A DNA stretch of 32,000 nucleotides from Microcystis aeruginosa NIES-843 (GTDB lineage: Bacteria > Cyanobacteriota > Cyanobacteriia > Cyanobacteriales > Microcystaceae): contig NC_010296.1 of assembly GCF_000010625.1 (NCBI RefSeq), positions 1,530,001 through 1,562,000 of the forward strand. Direction: 5' to 3'. Below the pieces are notes generated by a model that was not told the DNA's origin, did no database searches, and was given only the letters and a program-made list of their open reading frames with translations. Made by a program: the position numbers and the translations under genes. Positions within the stretch are counted from its first letter, which is position 1. Every line of letters begins with the position of its first letter. Positions 24,583 through 32,000 of this stretch are shown in pieces.

Positions 24583-26567
24583 AGATCAGCAAAATTCAGA
24601 TTAAAAATTTTAAGTCTTTTCAAGATGTTACCGTAGATTTAGAGCCTGATTTTAATGTCTTTACTGGGGTTAATAATTCAGGAAAAACCAATTTGCTAGA
24701 GGCGATCGCCCTTTGGCATGAGTGTTTTAATAAGCTAATTCGGCAAGCGGGCAAAGGATATAAAGAGTTATACAAAAAAGGTGATTATATTCTCGGTCAT
24801 ACAACAGAAAAATATTTTCCTTACGAAACTATTAAAACGGTTAGAACTTCAAATATTGACGATATTTTTTATCAACGTGATACAACTGCTCCTATTGAAT
24901 TATCTATTACCTTAAACAAAGTAGATAGAAATTTATTAAACAAAGTAGATATAAATTTAGAAATTGGTTTTTCTATCAAGACCTCTGGTTTAAATTATGT
25001 TATCGAGCTTTTGAATTATAGCCAATATAACTTTAGAGGATTCAATGAGTTTTTTGAAAATTTTCCCAACCCTATTAGTGCATCTTTTGCTTCTCCTGTA
25101 GCCACCATCAGAACTGAGGAGAGATTTGTGACTCGTCCACAAATTATTGAATCTATTCAAAAAAGAGAGTCTGTTGAAGTTGTTCGTAATCGTTTATACA
25201 ATCTTTATTATGATACAACTCGAAATGAAAATCTTTACAATAAATTTATTCGAGATTTATCATATATTCTCTTTAACGGCGATAAAAAAATTGAGTTTTT
25301 CCCTAAAAGTGATATCAAAAAAGATATAAAATCAGTGATTGATTATAAAATTGAGTCACAAGACATTGAGAAAGATATTTCTCTATTGGGAAGTGGAACG
25401 TTACAAATTATTCTTATTTTATTGAATCTTTACGCGCCAGAAAAAACTAGAGACCTAAACTTAATTTTATTTGATGAGCCTGATAGTCATATTCATCGGG
25501 ATATTCAAAAACGTTTAATTGATACGGTTCTTAGATTTTCGACAAATACTCAAATCTTTTTAACAACTCATAATGAGACTCTAATTCGTCAGGTTCCTCT
25601 GTATCAGCTTTTTCATATTGAAAACAGACCCAACTATTACTATACTTCTGTGGTTAAAGATGAACAGAGTTTAGATGTTGGCTATCGTTTTAAAGGAATT
25701 TATCCCTCTAGTCTAAATCCGATTATTAGTTCTTTGGGTAATAGTAATGGTTTGGACGTTATCAATGCTATTGAGGCAGATCATATTTTATTTGTGGAAG
25801 GTCAGGATGATGCAAAAGCAATTTATACATTGTTACAAAAAATGACTTTAGGGGTAAATACCAAAAAATATGTCTTTTGGGTGATAGGTGGAGTCTCTCA
25901 AATTTTTAAGGATTTACCTAGTTATAAGACAGTTTTTCAGCAAATTAAGAATCAAGAAACGCTTTGGAGTAAGGCTTTTCTCGTCTTTGATCGTGATTTT
26001 ATTGAAGATGATCACCGTGATAAGCTTATTGAAGCACTGGGTAGTCATTTTAAAATTCTAACTTATATCACTCCGTCTTATACTTTTGAGTCAATTTTAT
26101 TAATGGATTTGATCAAGTTATCTCATCTACTAAAAAAATGGCTAGAAGCCAAAAAAGATGATATTAATATTGATCGATCTGCTTTGGTACAATCCCTAGA
26201 GAATCATTATTTAACAATTATGCAAGAAAAGCTAGAGAGTCTTGATGATAAATATATTGATGAGACTTGCCATCGGTATGCCAACGTCAGGGAACAACTA
26301 AGTAAAAGGGATTTTTTGAATAACCAAAATCCTATTAGAGAAAAGGATATTAGTCTAAATACTCTATTTAGGAGGTATTTAAAAACTATCAATGACAATC
26401 GTGAATTTTATAAAATGGCTAATAAAAATGATGTTCAAGCAATTATCAATCAAGTGACCAAACCTTATAATATAGAGTTCAATATTGAGCAAGATTTTAT
26501 TTCATTACTCAATCTTGTTGATCGCTCGACTTGGTTTAATGAGTGGGATTTTTTAACCAAATTGTAA
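24579..26567 (+). CDS. OLD-family-like protein: N-terminal ABC/AAA_15-type ATPase plus a C-terminal Toprim/DUF4435-like domain
   Basis: MKISKIQIKNFKSFQD...FTGVNNSGKTNLLEAI (Walker A), LILFDEPDSHIH (Walker B), FLTTHNETLI (H-loop). The C-terminal part has ILFVEGQDDAKAI, VIGGVSQ and FLVFDRDF (an E...GG...DxD Toprim-like pattern). Very AT-rich. Confidence 0.7.
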   Translation: MKISKIQIKNFKSFQDVTVDLEPDFNVFTGVNNSGKTNLLEAIALWHECFNKLIRQAGKGYKELYKKGDYILGHTTEKYFPYETIKTVRTSNIDDIFYQRDTTAPIELSITLNKVDRNLLNKVDINLEIGFSIKTSGLNYVIELLNYSQYNFRGFNEFFENFPNPISASFASPVATIRTEERFVTRPQIIESIQKRESVEVVRNRLYNLYYDTTRNENLYNKFIRDLSYILFNGDKKIEFFPKSDIKKDIKSVIDYKIESQDIEKDISLLGSGTLQIILILLNLYAPEKTRDLNLILFDEPDSHIHRDIQKRLIDTVLRFSTNTQIFLTTHNETLIRQVPLYQLFHIENRPNYYYTSVVKDEQSLDVGYRFKGIYPSSLNPIISSLGNSNGLDVINAIEADHILFVEGQDDAKAIYTLLQKMTLGVNTKKYVFWVIGGVSQIFKDLPSYKTVFQQIKNQETLWSKAFLVFDRDFIEDDHRDKLIEALGSHFKILTYITPSYTFESILLMDLIKLSHLLKKWLEAKKDDINIDRSALVQSLENHYLTIMQEKLESLDDKYIDETCHRYANVREQLSKRDFLNNQNPIREKDISLNTLFRRYLKTINDNREFYKMANKNDVQAIINQVTKPYNIEFNIEQDFISLLNLVDRSTWFNEWDFLTKL

Positions 26568-26577
26568 AATTTTAACC

Positions 26578-26688
26578 ATGATGACCTACCCTAAACGCCT
26601 GATCGAAGTTGACCTACCCATTAAGGGAATTTCTGCCCATGCGCGGCGGTAAAAATCGATTCGTCATGGGCATATTTCTACACTTCAT
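26578..26688 (+). pseudogene. N-terminal fragment of a DUF1156-type DNA methylase gene, with a nonsense codon and a 3' truncation
   Basis: [36 protein letters not shown]. The DUF1156 N-terminal signature as I recall it is [10 protein letters not shown]..is..arrEKsirhGH.stLH. The TAA at 26650-26652 sits where Glu is expected, and similarity ends at 26688, where the 29-bp repeat begins. Confidence 0.55.
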
Positions 26689-26717
26689 AGCGCAGCTTGA
26701 CGGTGGGAGTATGTCAA
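26689..26717. repeat. 29-bp repeat, partner of 23962-23990
   Basis: agcgcagcttgacggtgggagtatgtcaa. It forms the breakpoint of the DUF1156 fragment. Confidence 0.8.
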
Positions 26718-26732
26718 TGAATTTGCCAAGCA

Positions 26733-26759
26733 AACTGATTACTGATTACTGATCACTGA
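26733..26759. repeat. Short STRR-type heptamer run
   Basis: aactgat tactgat tactgat cactga. Confidence 0.6.
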
Positions 26760-26787
26760 AAAAGAGCCGCCGCTGCCTTGGTTAAAA

Positions 26788-28431
26788 TTAACCAAAGTGA
26801 GGCATAAGAGTCAAAACTCCCAAGTCTAAATCTTTACTATCGATCGATTTTGCCTCGTAGAGGGCTAACATATCGTTTAATTGGGGATTGCCGCAGGAGG
26901 AACCGGTTACGCCCATGGCAATAATCAAACCACAATAACCCTCGGTATTTTTGATGCGTTTTTGCCAATTGCGGCGCGCATTACGGTGGTCGGGATCATC
27001 TTGCTCGAATTCCCCAAATAGATAGAGATCACCGTTAGCCATTTTCAGAATACCGAGATCATAACGGGTATCTTCAAGGGGATCTTCGCCGGGGTTAAAA
27101 CCAATGGCCGCCAAACCGCCAGCTTGTTCGATTTTTTCGATAATTTCCTTGGCTTTCGGTCGGGAGGTCTGGATCATCACCACGGGGAAACCCTCTCCTT
27201 TTGTCGGTACGGACTGGGGTTGATAATGGATTTTTGGACGACTGCGAATTTTATCTAATAATTGCCAGGGAACCATTCCCAGACTGAGATGTGCATTATC
27301 AGGAACTAAATCCTCCTTGAGTACGGATTCTTCCTCATCATCCTCATCCTCGTCGTCGTCCTCCTCCTCCAAGAGTTGCATAAATTCCGCACATAGATCG
27401 GGCATCGTGGCTACCGTCACCGCCACGGTTTCCCCTTTTGCCTGTTCGGGATCGATGGGAATGCGAAAACGACGCTGTAATTCTCCGATCGGTTCTTCGG
27501 ATAAAGCGGATTGATTGCCTTTAAAAAAGCGCAACAGAGCTATTAAAGCTAAATATACCGTGATTGCTTCTTCTTCATCCAAATAGGGGCGAATACCTTC
27601 GTAGGGATGCACGCTGCCGAAAACTGGATGGATTTGGGAGGGAGCAGCCGAGGCCAGATCGTAGTCATCCTCATCATCTTCCTCGTCATCATCGGCCAAT
27701 TCGTAGCTTAAAAACCAGCAATCTTGGGAAAGAAAGGCCTTTTCTAATCTTTCCATCGATTTTTCTTCTAAAGCGGACTGCCGGAATTGTTTGAGGGATT
27801 CTAGGGAACGATAGAGAATGATTCCGTATTCCCGACCGAGCATTCCCATGACACAGGCGTAAAGATTCGGGAAATCGGAGCGATCGAGCTTAATTTGCAA
27901 AATATCGTAATCAGCTAAACAGGACCAGGGTTCAGCTTTCCAAATTTCGTGAGCGGTTTTCACTAAAGCGGACTGCCAAGCGGGAGGAATTGCCGGGGGG
28001 CGGTTATTTTGGAATTCGTCGAATCCACGAAAGAGATCATCGATCAGGGGCAAACTGGGGACATAATCGATGGTGATATCGAGATCTTGCAGTACCCCGC
28101 GCAGAAAAAACTGTGTTTCTCGATCGCGGACGATAATTTTTTTCGGTCTGGCTGGCCGGGCGGGATTTTGGGGTGTTTCGATGGCGCGGATTAAGGTTCT
28201 CACCATGGCCTCTGGCCCGGTTTCAGGGGAAACTACTTCCATAGCGCGTACACAGCCCTCGCTACCATCCACCCAGATCACGCACTCGCCACCGCTTTCT
28301 TGATTTGGTTCTAGGGTGGCCCGGGGCATTCTCTCGGATAAGGATAAAGCACGACGATCTCCTTCCCAAACACTGGGAATTTGTGGAATTTTTTTGAGGC
28401 GGCTTTGGGTGGTCCGGGGCAGAAGATTCAT
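26788..28431 (-). CDS. Hypothetical protein (547 aa) with two poly-acidic linkers
   Basis: Long ORF with backbone-like composition. It has acidic runs DDDEEDDEDDYD and EEEDDDEDEDDEEE. I recognise no catalytic motifs. Confidence 0.65.
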   Translation of the reverse strand: MNLLPRTTQSRLKKIPQIPSVWEGDRRALSLSERMPRATLEPNQESGGECVIWVDGSEGCVRAMEVVSPETGPEAMVRTLIRAIETPQNPARPARPKKIIVRDRETQFFLRGVLQDLDITIDYVPSLPLIDDLFRGFDEFQNNRPPAIPPAWQSALVKTAHEIWKAEPWSCLADYDILQIKLDRSDFPNLYACVMGMLGREYGIILYRSLESLKQFRQSALEEKSMERLEKAFLSQDCWFLSYELADDDEEDDEDDYDLASAAPSQIHPVFGSVHPYEGIRPYLDEEEAITVYLALIALLRFFKGNQSALSEEPIGELQRRFRIPIDPEQAKGETVAVTVATMPDLCAEFMQLLEEEDDDEDEDDEEESVLKEDLVPDNAHLSLGMVPWQLLDKIRSRPKIHYQPQSVPTKGEGFPVVMIQTSRPKAKEIIEKIEQAGGLAAIGFNPGEDPLEDTRYDLGILKMANGDLYLFGEFEQDDPDHRNARRNWQKRIKNTEGYCGLIIAMGVTGSSCGNPQLNDMLALYEAKSIDSKDLDLGVLTLMPHFG

Positions 28432-28506
28432 CGGGAAATTTAGGGGTAGCTGTTTTAGGATTTTAACCTTTTCTTTTCAAGGATTCCATAGAATTATTCT
28501 ATCGAT

Positions 28507-30579
28507 TTAGTCGATAACTTGATAAATAAACTGGAAACCTGACCAAGTTCCCAGATCAAAGGCGTATTCATCAATTACACTGCCAGAACTATCCATTTTT
28601 AGACCTAAATCTAATTTTAGATCGCTCCAGAAAGCTCTGGCTATTTCTAGGGGGTTAGTCAGGGTGAGCAGTGGGGTGGCTTCTCCCTTGAGGCTTTGAG
28701 TGGCATTGAGAAGGGTCAAGGTTTTCGGGAAAGGATGGCGACTGAGGATCAGTATATTCTCTCTGATGCCCTTGGGTTGACTAATTTTCCAATGCCCTTG
28801 GCGGTCATTGGGGATGGTGGCCTTGGTTTTGGCCGCCACGACAAAGGGGGCTAATGGGCTGGAATTGCTGAAATTATCGGGGTTTTCTGAACGGGAACAG
28901 TATAAAAGCGGTTGGCGATCGCTGTTGAGGACAAGGATCAGTGCGTAGAGGGGTTGTTCTTCTTGATTCTCGATTTGATAGCGAATTTCCGTACCGACGG
29001 GCAGAATTAAGTCGTTTTTAGCGGTATTAGTCCCCCTGCTACCCGCAATTTTTTGAGTTGGCACCGTGGAGATATAGGTTTGATCGAGGCTTTCCAGGGT
29101 GACGATGACGGCTAAACCGGAGGATTCTTGATTGATCAACAAGTGCCACAATTTGCAGGCCAGCAGGGTTTCTAGTTGCGATTGCAGTCGTTTGATTCCC
29201 GATTTAATTGCTTCGTTGGCTGCCCCTAAACTACCGATAATTAGGGAGCCATTGGGAGATAATAACTGATAATTGCCAGTTTCTTCGCCACCAACTCGAC
29301 TTAAGAGACAATCTACCGTTTGTTCGCCAATGTTAACCACGGCGGCCACATCGGGCAAACTGGCAAAGGTACTGGTGGCATCTACCCGTTCAATTCGGGT
29401 TAAGTTATGATCCAAACCGACGATTAAGCCGATTTTACTCGGAAAAACCCGCAATTTTTCCTCTAGAATCTGTCCTATTTCTAGGGAGGCGGTTGGTGAT
29501 AATAACTGGGCTTTGGCTTTTAAACCCTGACGGGAGAGAATTTGTAGGCTGATTTCCTCCCCGGTCGCCTCAATAAAGCTCAAACAGGAGTTAATTCCGT
29601 AATTTTCCAGGATTTCTAAGGGCAGGCCGACCAGATTGACTTCTAGGGTGCGCTCATCAATAAGATTTGTAACAATTGCCGCCCCAACCCTTGACTTTTC
29701 TGACGTTGTATGATATAGCGGCACAGAATTATTTTGATTATTGGTCAGGATTGCCGGTTGCTGTTGTTGACTGCTGTGACTAGCGACGAGATTACGGAGA
29801 TGGGGAAAAGCGATCGCAATTGTCGGACTGGGGGAAACTTGCCAGAGATACTGAGTGAGATCATAGGTGAATAAGCCAGCATTGGGGCTATTACCGCTCA
29901 ATTCCAGGGCGATTTGCTCTGGTTTAGCGGCAGCGAGAATAACGCCGTTACTAGGCTTATTTTTGAGGTTAAAACGGGTTTTAATATCGGCAGCGAAAGT
30001 TAATTCGGCGGGGTTAGGATCAGTAATGGTTCTAGAATAGGAACGAATGCGGAGATTACCGAGATAGGGCTGAGGTTGGGGGAGATGACTACTATCAAAA
30101 ATCAAGCTAAACTTATCCGTAGCTAGACAGCGAGCCATCAGCAGGATATTTTCCTTGATTAAAGCATTTTCTGCCCCATCAGCAGTAATAAAAACCTCTT
30201 TTCCGGCCCCAAGACTGCCATAACCGCTAAAGTGAAAAATTACCACATCCCCCAACCTGGCTTGGGCGATCAGGTGTTCTAAAAAAGCCGCTTCGATCGC
30301 TTCTCGACTGGCTTGTTGTCCCGTTAAAGTTACTATATCAGCATCCTGAAAGCCAAAACGATAACGGAGAAGGTCTTTTTGTAACTCCACATCGGTAAGA
30401 CAGCCGGGCAGCGGCGGAATATTCGCCCCATACTGGTCAATACCGACTAAAAGAGCCAATTTTCGGGGATTAGGGGTGGCGAGAGCGGCCAAATGACGGT
30501 TAAGGGTCCCTTGACTAATCGCCAAAGTCAGCAACCCCCAACCTGTCTGCTGGATCAATTCTCGCCTAGTTATGTTCAT
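28507..30579 (-). CDS. Caspase-fold (C14, orthocaspase-type) protein with both catalytic-dyad residues substituted (pseudo-orthocaspase); Tat-type signal
   Basis: N-terminal MNITRRELIQQTGWGLLTLA (twin-arginine signal). p20-like region KLALLVGIDQY...VVIFHFSGYGS...SLIFDSSHLP aligns to caspase xYFSGHG / DxCHSG with His->Tyr and Cys->Ser. Confidence 0.8.
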   Translation of the reverse strand: MNITRRELIQQTGWGLLTLAISQGTLNRHLAALATPNPRKLALLVGIDQYGANIPPLPGCLTDVELQKDLLRYRFGFQDADIVTLTGQQASREAIEAAFLEHLIAQARLGDVVIFHFSGYGSLGAGKEVFITADGAENALIKENILLMARCLATDKFSLIFDSSHLPQPQPYLGNLRIRSYSRTITDPNPAELTFAADIKTRFNLKNKPSNGVILAAAKPEQIALELSGNSPNAGLFTYDLTQYLWQVSPSPTIAIAFPHLRNLVASHSSQQQQPAILTNNQNNSVPLYHTTSEKSRVGAAIVTNLIDERTLEVNLVGLPLEILENYGINSCLSFIEATGEEISLQILSRQGLKAKAQLLSPTASLEIGQILEEKLRVFPSKIGLIVGLDHNLTRIERVDATSTFASLPDVAAVVNIGEQTVDCLLSRVGGEETGNYQLLSPNGSLIIGSLGAANEAIKSGIKRLQSQLETLLACKLWHLLINQESSGLAVIVTLESLDQTYISTVPTQKIAGSRGTNTAKNDLILPVGTEIRYQIENQEEQPLYALILVLNSDRQPLLYCSRSENPDNFSNSSPLAPFVVAAKTKATIPNDRQGHWKISQPKGIRENILILSRHPFPKTLTLLNATQSLKGEATPLLTLTNPLEIARAFWSDLKLDLGLKMDSSGSVIDEYAFDLGTWSGFQFIYQVID

Positions 30580-30928
30580 CGGAAATTTTGGGTCTGAAAC
30601 CCCGCCGTTCTACGGCGGCTTTACGTTAGAATTAAAAGGCCAGTCTCGAAAACCAAGTGGACGGCGCAGCACCTTGAAAACTCGGCTTAGGGGGTTCCGA
30701 CCAGAAAAGCTTGGCCGGGTAAAAAGTCGCGCGCAACAAGTACAAGAAGCTATAGGCGGTCAACGTACCGTGGGACACACGGAATCGGGCTTCTGAAATG
30801 GGGCGAAAGTCTGTGGACTCTGTGTAAGACAGTACATGGTTTTTTAACTGTGGTATGCGACGGTGGTGGAAGCAGAAACTTAAATCGTGAGGTTTAGGAA
30901 TCGCCGCACTTTTAGGGCGGCGAGGATG

Positions 30929-32000
30929 TCAAGATCCTTGCATGGCGCGGATTAATTCGGCAGCCACTTCTGGACGGGAGAATTCCGGAGGTGGTAATTC
31001 TCCTTTGCGCAGCAGTTCCCGGACTTTCGTTCCCGAAAGGTGGATTCTTTCTTCCGGTAAACTGGGGCTAGTTTTGGTGGTTGCCATTCCCGAAGTGCGG
31101 GTACAGTAGAAAGCGTGTTCAAACTTCATCGGCACGATTCCCAATTCCCCCGGCTCGAACTCATCAAAGATATACTGAGCATCGTAGGTTCCGTAGTAGT
31201 CGCCGACTCCGGCATGGTCACGACCGACGATAAAATGGGTACAACCGTAGTTTTTACGGATAATAGCGTGGAAAATTGCTTCCCGGGGGCCGGCGTAACG
31301 CATAGCTGAGGGGTTGATAGCCAGAATAACGCGATCTTGGGGAAAGTATTTATCCATCATGATCTCATAGCAACGCATCCGCACATCGGCCGGTACATCA
31401 TCGCTTTTGGTAGCGCCGACAAGGGGATGCAAGAATAAACCATCTACCACTTCTAGGGCGCATTTTTGAATGTATTCGTGGGCCCGGTGGATGGGATTAC
31501 GGGTTTGGAAACCGACAATCGTTTTCCAAGCTTTTTCGTGGAACATTTTGCGCGATTGCAGAGGATCGATCTGATATTTGGGAAACTGGGGATGAGGATC
31601 GCGCTGAAGTAACCATATTGGACCTGCGAGGTTAATTTCTCCCTGTTCGTAGAGGACTTTTACCCCGGGATGTTTCTGGTCGTCGGTACGATAGACGTTA
31701 ACTGCTTCGTGGGCTTTATTATAACGGTATTTTTGGGTTAGTTCTAGGACTCCGACAAAGTTGCCTTCGCTGTCATCTAAACGAATCCAGTTGCCTTCTT
31801 TGAGCGGATCCGCCACTTCTTCCCTAACGGAAAGAGTCACGGGAATTGCCCAGGGTAAACCATTGATTAGACGCATATCATCGACGACTTTTTCGTAGTC
31901 GTCCTGTTCCATAAAGCCTTTGAGGGGACTGAAACCACCAATAGCAATCATAACTAAATCCGAGAGCGCTCGTTCATCTAAGGAAACTCGCGGTAGTTTT
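30929..32000 (-). CDS. sat: Sulfate adenylyltransferase (ATP sulfurylase); N-terminus lies beyond the window end
   Basis: [11 protein letters not shown] and GRDHAGVG motifs. The frame stays open upstream of the listed Met (…[29 protein letters not shown]) through base 32000. Confidence 0.93.
   Translation of the reverse strand, partial: KLPRVSLDERALSDLVMIAIGGFSPLKGFMEQDDYEKVVDDMRLINGLPWAIPVTLSVREEVADPLKEGNWIRLDDSEGNFVGVLELTQKYRYNKAHEAVNVYRTDDQKHPGVKVLYEQGEINLAGPIWLLQRDPHPQFPKYQIDPLQSRKMFHEKAWKTIVGFQTRNPIHRAHEYIQKCALEVVDGLFLHPLVGATKSDDVPADVRMRCYEIMMDKYFPQDRVILAINPSAMRYAGPREAIFHAIIRKNYGCTHFIVGRDHAGVGDYYGTYDAQYIFDEFEPGELGIVPMKFEHAFYCTRTSGMATTKTSPSLPEERIHLSGTKVRELLRKGELPPPEFSRPEVAAELIRAMQGS

Noticed and set aside
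27317-27514. Poly-serine ORF (SSSSSSSSSSSSSS)
   Set aside because: It is the antisense reading of the poly-Asp/Glu linker of the 547-aa protein on the minus strand.
30580-30928. tmRNA, RNase P RNA or SRP RNA gene
   Set aside because: I checked both strands by eye. There is no GAGGAAAGTCC / ACAGAAxCCGGCTTA pair (RNase P). There is no T-arm followed by a CCACCA terminus, and no plausible ANN...AA tag frame (tmRNA). Only a partial GGAAGCAG resemblance to the SRP domain IV motif exists. I keep it only as an unclassified candidate RNA.

Overview
This looks like a cyanobacterial chromosome segment. It carries HIP1 GCGATCGC sites, heptamer STRR arrays and many MITE-like repeats. The repeat style and gene content resemble Microcystis, but I cannot verify that here. 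The housekeeping backbone is cbiD, guaA, a secreted S8 peptidase, a CAX-like antiporter with a cupredoxin, ferredoxin-sulfite reductase (sir), an FHA-ABC transporter, msrA, a Tat-signal pseudo-orthocaspase and sat (truncated at the window end). The window opens inside the 3' part of a TnpB/IS200-IS605-type element. Three visibly AT-richer accessory islets interrupt the backbone. (1) At 3.5-6.8 kb: a DUF262 (ParB-like NTPase) gene, then a HEPN-like gene carrying an in-frame TAA immediately before its Rx4H motif, then a cytosine-5 DNA methyltransferase. (2) At 11.7-14.0 kb on the minus strand: an intact, tightly coupled paralogous DUF262 + HEPN(Rx4H) pair, in which the HEPN protein has an extra C-terminal beta-barrel-like domain. 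(3) At 23.8-26.8 kb: a decayed defence locus. An intact OLD-like ABC-ATPase/Toprim-like gene sits between a MITE-truncated DUF3883 C-terminal fragment and a nonsense-mutated, truncated DUF1156 methylase N-terminal fragment. The best candidate for an uncharacterised system is the DUF262 + HEPN two-gene module, present twice (one intact copy, one inactivated). In it a HEPN RNase-type effector in trans appears to replace the DUF1524 nuclease found in GmrSD/SspE/BrxU-type enzymes. All domain calls rest on motif reading by eye; no searches were run.
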